A stretch of DNA of 64,000 nt from Alphaproteobacteria bacterium (GTDB lineage: Bacteria > Pseudomonadota > Alphaproteobacteria > Bin95). Made by a program: the position numbers and the translations under genes. Positions within the stretch are counted from its first letter, which is position 1. Each line of letters opens with the position of its first letter. Shown in pieces: positions 40,464 to 50,308 of this stretch. Under the pieces are notes generated by a model. The model was not told the DNA's origin. It saw only the letters and a list, made by a program, of their open reading frames with translations, and ran no database searches. The stretch covers positions 5,248,001 to 5,312,000 of the forward strand of contig CBDBGH010000003.1 of NCBI GenBank assembly GCA_965205265.1, read 5' to 3'.

Positions 40464-41965
40464 TCTTCGCTGTCCTCCTCGTGGTGGCTTGCGAGCCCGT
40501 CGTATCCGCCGAGGTCGTGATCGCGGACCGCGATATCGCGCAGTCTTGGATCGCCGGGCAGGTCGATGGGGATGGGTGGTGGCTCGTTGCGCTGTTCGCG
40601 CCGCCGGTTCAGGCTGAAGCGCACCGCATTGGGATGGGGGACGCCGCGCTCAAGGGCTTCATCGATGGCGGCTTCGAGTTCGACGGCTCCGTAGTCGTCG
40701 AGCAGGCGCAGCAGGGAGGCGACGGTTGTGCCGATATTGCCGCCGCGCCTGGCGGTCTCGGCAAGCAGGCGCTCGCTGTCGGGGGCGGCCTGGAGAAGGC
40801 GGCTCTGCCCGCGCAGGCGGTGGGCGTGACGTTTGAGCCTGACCAGCTCCTCGATGTGCTCGGGGGTCTCGATGCGGGCCGCCTTGTCGAAGCTGCGCGG
40901 ATGACGGGCGACGGTGTCGGCGCCGTCGAGGATGCGTACCTCCTCCAGTGTCGCGACCACGGTGAGGGTGCGCCGCGTATGGGTATGCGGGACGCTATAG
41001 TCATTGAGGTCGAACCTGGCGTAGGGGGTCTTGCCGATCCTGACCTCGACCCTCTCGTCGACGGGGGGCCGGTCGTCGGGCAGCGCCATCAGGGAGCCGC
41101 GCTCGCGCTCGAAGGCCTCGCGCACGGTGAGGGAGCGGTCGTCCGGCCAGCGACGGTCGGCGGCGACGCCGTCGCACCAGGCGCGGGCCCGGGCGTTCAG
41201 GTCGTCGAGGTCGCGCCAGGCGCGGGCGGCGAAGAAGTTGTCGCGCACATAGCGTATGGCGCGCTCCACGCGCCCCTTCTCGTTGCCGCGCGCGACCGCG
41301 ACCGGCTTGGGCAGGAAGCGGTAGCGGGCGGCGAAGTCGAGGAGCCGGGGGTTGAACCGGATGGCGTCGCCCTGGCGCTCCAGCACGACGCTCTTCAGGT
41401 TGTCGTACCATAGCTCGCGGGGCACGCCCTGCCAGGCCTCGAAGGCCTCGACATGGCCGCGCAGGAAGTTGTCCATCGCGGCATTGAGGTAGAAGTGCAG
41501 GAAGATGCGGCGCGAGTAGCTCAGCACCATCACGAAGCCCATCAGCGGGCGCTCCGCGCGCCCGATCCTCACCTTGCCGAAGTGGGCCCAGTCCACCTGG
41601 GCCAGCTCGCCGGGCAGGGTCTTGAGGCGCAGATAGGCCTCGGCCACAGGCCGCGGGCGCTCCGGCGCGATCATGCGCCGGAAGTGGCTCTGGCTGCCCC
41701 GGTAGCCGCGCTCGACCGCCATCTGGTAGAGCCGGCTGGCTGGCAGCCTGGGCCAGACCGCCAGGGTCTGGCGGATGAAGGGCCGGAACGGATCGATCAT
41801 CGAAGCCCTGCGCCGCCTCTCACGCGCGGGCGCCCCGGCGGCCGCTACCGCGCGCTCGACCGTGCCGTGGTGGACGCCGAGCTGGCGCGCGATCGTGCCG
41901 ATCCTCCACTTCTCGGCAAAATACAGCCGCTGGATCTCGGCACGGGTCTGCTTGTCGATCGCCAT
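40460..41965 (-). CDS. istA: IS21 transposase
   Basis: PG..AQVDW, LSYSR, YDNLK, KGRVER. Confidence 0.95.
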   Translation of the reverse strand: MAIDKQTRAEIQRLYFAEKWRIGTIARQLGVHHGTVERAVAAAGAPARERRRRASMIDPFRPFIRQTLAVWPRLPASRLYQMAVERGYRGSQSHFRRMIAPERPRPVAEAYLRLKTLPGELAQVDWAHFGKVRIGRAERPLMGFVMVLSYSRRIFLHFYLNAAMDNFLRGHVEAFEAWQGVPRELWYDNLKSVVLERQGDAIRFNPRLLDFAARYRFLPKPVAVARGNEKGRVERAIRYVRDNFFAARAWRDLDDLNARARAWCDGVAADRRWPDDRSLTVREAFERERGSLMALPDDRPPVDERVEVRIGKTPYARFDLNDYSVPHTHTRRTLTVVATLEEVRILDGADTVARHPRSFDKAARIETPEHIEELVRLKRHAHRLRGQSRLLQAAPDSERLLAETARRGGNIGTTVASLLRLLDDYGAVELEAAIDEALERGVPHPNAVRFSLNRRREQRNEPPPIPIDLPGDPRLRDIAVRDHDLGGYDGLASHHEEDSEE

Positions 41966-41966
41966 C

Positions 41967-42401
41967 TCACTCCCTTCGCGCCTGGCGCAGGCCCGGATAG
42001 ACCGCCAGGCCGCAGAACCGACCGCAGCGCTCGCAGCGGAACACCCGGGCGGGACGGTCGGGCCCGAAGGGCCGGGTTCCGGACCGCCCCGCCGGTATGC
42101 GCGCCACATCAGGACGCCGGCGCGCGACGGTCAAAGGGTGATGCGTCACTTTCTGCGCGATGGCCCGAACTGCCGGCTGCCGCACACGGCGCCGTTCGCG
42201 GTAGCGCCGCTGGCGCTCGGCATGCTTGTGACGGCCCCGGCGGCTGTTCTGGTAGCGCTGCCCCGCAAGGCGCACCGACCGACGCCGCGCCCGCCCGCTG
42301 CAACGCGGCGAACAGTAGATATGGCCAGAGTCGCAGCGCCGGCAGAGAACCACCTGGCGGCGGCACAGGGCGCAGGTGAACAGGCGGGCGGCGTTCCTCA
42401 T
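41967..42401 (-). CDS. Cys-rich zinc-finger ORF upstream of istA
   Basis: CALC...CRRCD.G..YCS..C; RYQ...GR..HA.RQ.RYR. Confidence 0.7.
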   Translation of the reverse strand: MRNAARLFTCALCRRQVVLCRRCDSGHIYCSPRCSGRARRRSVRLAGQRYQNSRRGRHKHAERQRRYRERRRVRQPAVRAIAQKVTHHPLTVARRRPDVARIPAGRSGTRPFGPDRPARVFRCERCGRFCGLAVYPGLRQARRE

Positions 42402-44162
42402 CGCGACCGATGAGAACGGGGTGGACCCACGCCCGGACGCGCACGATACTGCGCTTCCGGGCCGCGCCTTGCATGGCTCGGGGGGTGCGGCGCCGGTCGT
42501 TGCCACCAAGCCAACGGGGCCGGCGCCGCATCGTTCTCAGAAGCCCCAGTCTACCCCCTGCCGCAGCCCGGGAACGGCCAACCCGGTCGCCAGGACGTCG
42601 CCGCCCTCCGGGAGGCGAAAATCTCAACGCGACGGGGGCCGAGGACTCCGGTCGGGCTACGCCCTCCTTCCGTCCTCGGCCCCCGTCATAAACCCGGCCG
42701 CGCCTGTCTCACGCTGTTTGTCGTGCGCACCACAAAAGCGCGCTACGCCAGCAAATATGCGCCCTTTATGATAATCACCGACATCCCGTCTGAAGCTGCC
42801 CGAGAACAGGCGCAACGATGACGAGGCATTCTACGACGCCCTCCTTCATGGAATCCGCCATGATCCGGAGTTCCGGAAAGATTTCGAGCTGCGGTTCGTG
42901 TCGTCGAAGAAGAAGAAGGACAGGGAAAAGTCCTTCGTGAACCGGTCCCTGCTCTGGCTACAGCGAAGCTATCCCGATCTTTACGACTATGCCGACCGGT
43001 GGAGCAGCGTGCCGGCCGGCGTCTTCCCGAAGGACACGCCGGCCGGAGAGTTGTGGCAGCTTGTCCTGCAGACGCTGTCCGAGATCGAGGCGGAGCGCGG
43101 GCAGCTGGTCGTAAACGCGGAGGACATCTGGAAGCAAAGCCGGATGAACTTCCTTGAAGTGCTTCAAGGCATTGAGACCCCGAGCCTGACGGGAATCGGC
43201 GCGATCGAACAGGCCGCGGCCCTGTTCCTCGAGGCCGGCGGGACATGGAAGAAGGTCGCGGCCGAGACCGAACGGCAGCGGGGAGCGGTCCGCGACGTGC
43301 TCCGGGAGGCGGGAGACCTCGAGGGCGTCGCCGACGTGCTCGCCCGACTTCCGACCCTGGATTCAGCCCGGGTCGCCCGGTTGCATGAGGAGGCCGAGGA
43401 CGTCCGCGGCCTGCTGACCGGATTGCGCGAGTGCGGGAAACGAATTGCGGAAAAGGCGTCATCCTTCGACCGCCTGCGGCGGGAGGAGGAGGCCTGGTCG
43501 CGTCTGGCGCCCCAGGCCGCAGCCCTCGCTGCGCTCGAAGAGGAAAGAAAGGTCGGTGACGAGGCCGTGGCGGCGGCCATAAGCCGAATGGCGGCCGTCC
43601 TGGACCTGTCCGCTGCGGGCATGGAGGCGCGGGCGGAACCGGTTCATGGTTCCGCAAAGCGCGGGAAGCGGAACGCCCGGGCCCCGGCCCCGGAAGCGGT
43701 CGACACGGAGTCGGAGTGTCGGGAGGAAGGGGAGCCGGAGAGCGCGCTGCCCGGCGCATGGAGCGATTTGAACGCCTGGTGCAGCGAGCATCTCAAGGGA
43801 CGGCTGGCATTGTCGCCGCGCGCGCGGAACTCGATGAAGAAAGCGCTGTATCAGGATGTGGGGACGGCCGCCCGTTGCCTGCTGTGGCTCGCCGGCGCCT
43901 ATCGCCGGTCCCGTCTCGAGGGCTGCGGGGAGGGCGTCCAGGGAGCGGTCCCGGGTCTTGCGGGGCTTCACAATGAACGCTGTGGCGGGGATGCCTTCGA
44001 ATTCGCATGGTCGGGGCGTCGCCCGGTCGCTGACTGGCATGTCAAGGGTGGGGGCAACAGCCGCGATCCGGCCCGCTGCCTGAGGATCTACTATTGCTGG
44101 GACGACGCGTCCGGCATGGTTCTGGTCGGGGACATGCCCGGACATGTGAGGAGCCGGGCGAC

Positions 44163-44387
44163 ATGAGCGGCGCCCGGCCCGCTGCTCCCGGGGCTGAGCG
44201 GGATGGTGGCCGGCGGACGCACGGGCATGTCTGGGAAGAGACCGTGCATAACCGGCGCACAGGGGCCCGGGAGCGTCAGTGCGGCATTTGCGGCGCAATC
44301 CAGTGTTGGTCCCCGGAACAGAACGCCTGGTCGTGGGAGGTTATGCCGTGGGATGAGTTCGGCTTGCGGCTCCTGGACAGGAGCTGA
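44163..44387 (+). CDS. Small hypothetical HxW/CxxC protein
   Basis: ATG overlapping upstream stop. Confidence 0.45.
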   Translation: MSGARPAAPGAERDGGRRTHGHVWEETVHNRRTGARERQCGICGAIQCWSPEQNAWSWEVMPWDEFGLRLLDRS

Positions 44388-44406
44388 AGCGAATGAGCGG
44401 CCTCCG

Positions 44407-44616
44407 TCAGCCGGCCGCCAGCTGTATGTCTTCAATCTCTTCGAGTTTCATGGGTCCCCTGTCGGCAGGCCAGTCGATTTCTTCCGCGTTGAACACCTTC
44501 ACGGCAAGCACCCTGGTTCCGTCCTTCAGCCTGACATCGACCACCTGGTAGCCCATAGCGGTTTCCGGCAGGCCGCACAGATGCCGGGTCCAGTGATCGG
44601 GAAGAGGCAGTCTCAT
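44407..44616 (-). CDS. Small hypothetical protein (LPETxMGYQ motif)
   Basis: LPETAMGYQVVDVRLKDG. Confidence 0.65.
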   Translation of the reverse strand: MRLPLPDHWTRHLCGLPETAMGYQVVDVRLKDGTRVLAVKVFNAEEIDWPADRGPMKLEEIEDIQLAAG

Positions 44617-44675
44617 GGTTGTTGAAGGAGACATCCCGATGCACCTTGTCCTCTGGACAACCGGGCGAAGGAGCC

Positions 44676-44703
44676 TTGCCAAGCAGCCGCAGGAACCTAT
44701 AAT
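44676..44703 (+). promoter_or_regulatory. Sigma70 promoter of tmRNA
   Basis: TTGCCA-N16-TATAAT. Confidence 0.65.
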
Positions 44704-44721
44704 GGAAAGCGCTGGATTTAT

Positions 44722-44970
44722 CCAGCTATGGCGATAAACGCTGTGCGGAATAAGCGTTGCGGACCCGGGGGCAGTACCCGGCGCCTCCACCATTTCCTTC
44801 GGGGGCGAAACAGGATCGACGTGCGCGGTAAAGGCACTGTCTTCGCCCGGCATGGTACCACCGTTATCGGGCCGACCACACAGGTGCGAACGACAATCAG
44901 GAATTCGCCCTCGCTGCCGCCTAGACGCGGCAAGCGCGGTCTGGAGGGCACCGGGCAACAGAAGCCCTCC
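44722..44970 (+). ncRNA. ssrA: Circularly permuted two-piece tmRNA (alphaproteobacterial type)
   Basis: Acceptor piece ends GGCGCCTCCACCA (44792); 8-nt intervening segment; coding piece starts GGGGGCGAAACAGGATCGAC (44801); tag ANDNQEFALAAA* at 44886-44924; outer ends approximate. Confidence 0.93.
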
Positions 44971-45120
44971 GTATTCCTGCCGCAGGCGGCATGAGGCTGT
45001 CATTTTGTCTTTGCAAGACTCGAGTGAAACACGATGACCGGCAAGCGGGAACGCTGGCCAGCTTGCTTTCGATAAAGGACATCGCTGCCGAACGGCAGGG
45101 ACCCTCGCAGCCAAAACTGC

Positions 45121-47683
45121 CTTCAATGGAGTGGCGGGCGGGGAGCCCGCTGAAACCCGGACGCCATCCAGGGCGAAAACGCCCCGCTCACATTCCTTCT
45201 CAATGATAGTGTAATGCGGGGGATGGGACGTTCTGCCGGGAGAATCCCGATGCCCCGAATTATGTTCGGCGTTGTCCGCCGGACTCCGCGCCGTCGGGGT
45301 CTGTCACCTTCAATGTGATGTGCCGCGGCCTACGGGGCGGAGCAGGAGCTGGTTGGCGGGCACGCGTCCGCAGAAGAGCTTCCTTCAATGTGGCCTCCGC
45401 CGCCCGGGCCGGCGAGGCGCGGATCTATCAACCTCCAGTTCTGCCGGTTGATGGTTCTTCAATGGGAACGGCCTCCGGTGCCCAAGGCCGGGGAGTGGAT
45501 ATTCCGCGGAACATGCCGGACTGGGAACCTCGCCCTTGATGTGTGCCCCGGCAGTGAAGCCGGGGAAAAGGCGGACAATCGGAACCCGAACGGAGAATGC
45601 GTGGGTCCTTCAATGTGCCCCGGCGCCAACGCCGGGGAGAGGCGCGACCAGGTCGCGCGGGTCACTCTGAGCCGCCTTCCTTCAATGGTGTGCCCCGGCG
45701 CCAACGCCGGGGAGAGGGGACAAGACCATGACAACGTCCAGCCTTCACCAGCACCTTCAATGTGTGTGGCCCTTGCCGACCGGGGCCGGAGGGATCGGAC
45801 AGGATCCGGGCATGGGGCGGGTGGGAGACCGGCCCTTCAAACAAAGGGGGATTGATCGCGATGAGCCGGAGCGGTCATGGGGAAAGCGGGCCATGAACCC
45901 GCTGCAACTGATGCCGCCGACGATGCCGAACGCCAAAATGACCTCTCTTCAATGGGTGGGGGGAAGCGAGCAGGACGCCCGCTGCAGGTCCCTGCCCTGC
46001 AACCCGTTAGCGGTTTCGCTACGGAGATCGACGCGTTCCCGGCGGAGCTGATTGTCCTTCAATAGGAAAAGCTGACGAGATATCTGCTGCAGGGGCATCC
46101 TCGGGTGTACTTCTTGGCAGTAGATCCGGACGGGCCGCCGAGCCAGGTCCGGAAATCGGGATATTGCTGTCCGATCTGGGCGTCGCCCCTTCAATGTGGG
46201 ACGGACGTGATGCCCGCGCTGTGGCCATCCGGGTCCAATGCCAGGGGCGCCGGGCCTGGTGGCTCCTTCAATATGCGATGTCGGGTGAATTGCCCGCGGC
46301 ATCAAGGCTCGGCGTAGCCGTCAGGATCGGGCCTCCGCAAATCCTTGCATGCGATGTGGAGCGGGTGCTCAGGCCGCAGGGGTTGAAACGGGCCTGCAAG
46401 GCGCCCTGTGCAGCAAGGTCCGGGAATCCCGGCTTCCCTCTCATGGCGAAGCGATCAAATGCGCGCTCTTCAATGTTTGGCCCGTGGGCAGGAGGCCTGT
46501 TGTCCCGGCCGCAGCGCGATGGGCCAGACGCGGCGCATCCATCGCTTTGGATGGGGTCCGAAGCAGGAGCGGGCATCGCTGCCGGGTGCATGAGCCGGAA
46601 ACGGCTGTCATGCATGGCCAGATACCTTCAATGGGTGGAAGCGGGCGTGGAGCCCGCTGACGTGGCATCGGCCCGCTTCGGGGCAGCGTCCAAATCGACC
46701 CTTCAATGTGTGAGGCGGGGACGAAGCCCGCCTGTAAAACCGCCATCGCAAGGCGGGCTGCTTTGGCCAGACACAGCCTTCAATGTGTGTGGGGTGCGTG
46801 GAGCCGCCGCTCCTTGAAAAGATGGCCCATCCGGCCTCACTGCGTAACCCTTCAATGATGTGTGGCGGACGGCGGGCCCGCGCTTTAACCCCATACCTGC
46901 GGATGCTTCACGCTCGCTTTTGCTGGCACTTCAATGTGCACGGCGGGCACTGCGCCTGCTTTAACCGACTTCCCGAGAGCCTCTAGGACCTGACAAGCTT
47001 CAATGGTGTGTGCAGCGGCCAATGCGCCCACTGCCGGTTTCCGCTGCCGAAGCCAGAGGCGCCGAGGAGGATCCGGAGCCTCAATGGCGCTGCGGGCGCT
47101 TCGCCCGCTGTCGGACCCCGGTCGCGCCGGCCGCGACGCGCGTCATAAGCTCGCTTCAATGAGAGCTGCGGGCCCTGCGCCCGCTGCCGGCGTGGAACGG
47201 TGGGTGGAAAGGAGGGTAGGTATGCGGACCGCTTCAATGGTGCTGCGGGCGCTGAGAGCAGGCAGGCTGTTATCCGCACTTTCCCATGCTTCAATGTGTG
47301 CTGCGGGCCCAGGGCCCGCCGCCGGAATTCTCTCGTACCTTACCGTGGGTGGGCCAATCGATGCTTCAATGTGCTGCGGCACTACGCGCGCTGCGGGGCA
47401 AGCCCTACGTGCTGAGATCAGTGCATGTGATGAGCTTCAATGTGTGCCCGCTGCCGGGGTTACTCGATACATCACGTCAAGCACTCTGTCGGTCGCTTCA
47501 ATGTGCTGCGGGCGATGGGCCCGCTGCCGGGCTGCGTTTCCTCGGGGAAGGAGGACTCCAGCCACTCGCTTCAATGTGGGGAGCTGCGGGCCCTGCGCCC
47601 GCTGCCGGTTGGCCTGCTGGTGCCGCTACCCGGCCTAGGCGGATAGCTTCAATGTGTGCGGCGGGCTCTGTGCCCGCTGCCGG
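45121..47683 (-). CRISPR. Orphan CRISPR-like array of about 30 units with highly divergent repeats
   Basis: 26 exact CTTCAAT anchors plus about 6 degenerate ones, mostly 70-80 bp apart, most followed by a GC hairpin and a unique ~35-40-bp spacer. Confidence 0.85.
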
Positions 47684-47880
47684 GGCCGCCGGGGAACCCC
47701 TTGCTGGACAAGGGCTGCGGAACCGTTTTTCGAGCGGTGCTGCCGAAGAGCGCCGGCGCTGTCCCGAAATCGGGTCCAGGAGTTGGCCGGAAGCGCCGCA
47801 AGGCCTTGCCACCCCTCGCCTTCCGGGATTTCGAGCGCCCCCGGGGGTTTCCATGTGCTGCCGGGCCGCTCGGAAACGGC
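47684..47880 (-). promoter_or_regulatory. CRISPR leader-like sequence
   Basis: AACCCCTTG..CAAGGG..TTTTCGAGCGGT and TTCGAGCG..GGGGTTT..CCGCTCG; similar to 32202-32295. Confidence 0.65.
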
Positions 47881-48145
47881 CGGCGGGGACCGGACGCGAC
47901 CCATCGCGCGCGGTCAATGGGACCGGGGCGCTGTCGGCCCCGGAGAAAAGCCGGCATTGCCGCGCGGTGCGGACAGGCGTGGAGCGCCTGCCGCCGACGC
48001 GGAACGCCGACGCTGGTCATCGTGCCCACCATGTGAAACAGCAACAGCAGCTGGCCCCGTCGGGCAGCGCCATGAACAGTTTACCACACGCGCACCTGGG
48101 CGCGGACGGCAAACCGCTTTGTCCTGCCTCTCCGGGCGGGAGAGG

Positions 48146-48568
48146 CTACTCCTCTTGTTCGCCGGCGTCCGGGGCGCTTTCGGCCGCCTCGCCGGCCTCC
48201 GCGCCCGTCTTGTCATTGCCGGCGTTGTCGTCCCCGTCTGCGGGGAGCGTTTCGCCGGCATCGGCGCCCTCCCCTGCCCCGTCGCCCGGCGGGCCGATGC
48301 GCACCTCTCCGGGTTGGGGTTCGGCATATTCCTCTAGGAACATGTCGATCGCCTTGCGGACCACTTGGATCCGAGTCGGCCGGTGACGGCCGAGCACGGT
48401 GTGCGTGGTTATCCTGTCGATGAACCGGTCGAGTTGGTCCGTCTTTTCGGGGGACAGCTTGAAAGTGATGTTGGCCCCTGCAGTCTTGGCCTCCGGCACC
48501 GGCGCCTCCTGGTTCGTGCGGTGTTGCTGTGCGCCTCCGGGTCCGGGCGGAACCGGGGGCGGGTCCAT
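48146..48568 (-). CDS. Ribbon-helix-helix (CopG-like) DNA-binding protein with acidic tail
   Basis: ITFKLSPE..DQLD.F ... TR.QVVRKAIDMFLE. Confidence 0.65.
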   Translation of the reverse strand: MDPPPVPPGPGGAQQHRTNQEAPVPEAKTAGANITFKLSPEKTDQLDRFIDRITTHTVLGRHRPTRIQVVRKAIDMFLEEYAEPQPGEVRIGPPGDGAGEGADAGETLPADGDDNAGNDKTGAEAGEAAESAPDAGEQEE

Positions 48569-49205
48569 GCCCAGGCATTATAGGCTGCATCCCGTTCTAT
48601 GGCAAGTCCTTGTGCCGGTGCATGGCCTCGCACAGATGGCACCGACCCTGGCGATAAAGGCAGTGATGTCGCATGAGTGGGGCACATGCAAACACCATAG
48701 ACGCCGCGCGTACTGCAAGACGCGCCAACAGGGTGTTTACATGGATTACATGTCCGTATGTTCCGCACCGGAAAAACAAGACGCGAGAATGTCAGTTCCT
48801 GCGAAGTTTTTGCAGCGGGGTGTCAAGGAGTGGAAGAACTGACTAGTGTAGTAAACCCAGAACCGGATATATGTCGCTCCACGAGCTGGACACACAAGAA
48901 ACCAGACAGGCTGCATAGCAAGACGAGGAGTATAAGGAGGTTGCGTGAGAGTGAGGGATATAAAAGAGTGGCAAACACAAGACGGGGTGTAGGGAGTGTT
49001 GACGGTGCGGACATGGCCGATATGGTCTGGAAGCAGGCAATCAGCGGAAAAATGACCGCCAGGGAACGCCGTACAACGCGATTCCGAGGACATAACGTAA
49101 TCGTCCCAGAGGAGCAGGGAAGGGGCCGTGCGGCGGCGCGGGAACCGCCCACCCGACAGTGTTGCTTCCTCGCGGGCTTTTGCGGCTGTAAGGACGGCGG
49201 CGCCT

Positions 49206-49532
49206 TCATGTCCCGGCAGGCCCGCCATGCAGATCCTCCGGAACTGTGTCTTCAATCCTGGATATGACGCCCTTCTCCTCGACCGTAACGGACTCCAGCG
49301 TTATGCCGGCGTCCGCAGCGGCCGCGCCGAGCGTCGGGAATCTTTCCCTGCCGACGGCCCGATGTCGGTCGTCGCTTCCCGAAGGGTAGTGGTACAACGT
49401 GAATTCCGTTGCGCCGTCTTCCGGCGGTCCGCTCAAGGAGTAACCCGACGCATAATCGCCCTCCGCGACCGCCTGCTTGGCGGGCCATTGGGCGAACCAG
49501 GTTCCGACACCTATATACTCGAAGTGCATCAT
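49206..49532 (-). CDS. Hypothetical protein
   Basis: GGAAGAGAGG RBS and shared promoter motif upstream. Confidence 0.6.
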   Translation of the reverse strand: MMHFEYIGVGTWFAQWPAKQAVAEGDYASGYSLSGPPEDGATEFTLYHYPSGSDDRHRAVGRERFPTLGAAAADAGITLESVTVEEKGVISRIEDTVPEDLHGGPAGT

Positions 49533-49622
49533 GTCGTACCTCTCTTCCTCCCTATTCGGCAGGACCGTCATTGTAAACGGCGGCCGTGAAAGGGCAAAAG
49601 GCAAGGAGTACTTGCCGGAGCC

Positions 49623-50139
49623 TTACGGCTCCGGTGCGTCTCCTGTCAGACGATCCTCAAGCAATTCCAGGACAGCCGTCCGAAATGGGTGTCGACTCGC
49701 GTCCCGCCTCGCGACATGCAAGGGGGTCACACCGGAATGGTTGGCCGCCAGCGGATCGGCGCCGGCAGCCAACAGCAACTTCATCAGTTCCGGCCCGCCC
49801 TCGGAAACGACGCCAAGCAGCGGCGTGCTTCCCTCCTCATTCTTCGGATCCGGCTCCGCTCCGGCCTCCAGAAGCAAGCGGACGGCATCGGTGCGGTCGT
49901 CCATGGTTGCCTTGAAGGCCGCGAGATGCAGCGGGGCATAGCCGAGCCTGTCCGGCCGGTTCAAATCGGCGCCGGCCTCGATCAACACGGCCATGACCCC
50001 GGCATTGCCTGCATCGGCAGCGTCGTGCAGGGGGTGTCCGCGCCGGGTTTCCGCGCCGGGTTTCCGCCATGACATCGCCGCCCTGGGCAAGCCAGTCGCG
50101 GGCCTCGGCGGCGTCGGCTTTTCGGAAATCCGGTTGCAT
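49623..50139 (-). pseudogene. Ankyrin repeat protein frameshifted by a 13-bp tandem duplication
   Basis: CGCCGGGTTTCCG x2 at 50041-50066; removing one copy gives MQPDFRK...AETRRGHPLHDAA in frame. Confidence 0.85.
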
Positions 50140-50308
50140 GAATGTCCTTCTCCTGTGATGTGCGATCCCGCCATCGTAACCCGCAGACCTGAAAGGCCGA
50201 AAGCCAGAGCAGGGGGTGCCGGAACGCGGTTCGGGAGTTGCTATGGATAAGGGTGCAGTGCCCGGGAAGGCAGAAGGAACCAGCGATAAAGCTGGGTTCA
50301 GGCAAGGC

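Larger units (their letters stand above)
38699..42783 (-). mobile_element. IS21 family element with passenger genes
   Basis: TG...CA ends sharing AAGGGCG..TATTTGCTGGCG; 5-bp TSD TCCCG. Confidence 0.9.
38613..44166 (+). pseudogene. Coiled-coil protein with C-terminal WHxK/RDP/LRIY domain, interrupted by IS21
   Basis: MPRLNW...DLFSR|LKLPENRR rejoins in frame across 38699-42783. Confidence 0.75.

Noticed and set aside
44760-44800. tmRNA 3' end as an integration att site
   Set aside because: No duplicated fragment seen in the window and no adjacent integrase
44728-44994. 88-aa ORF
   Set aside because: Overlaps the tmRNA gene
45315-48386. ORFs with recurring LQC/FNV/SM motifs
   Set aside because: Translations of the CTTCAATG repeats, not proteins
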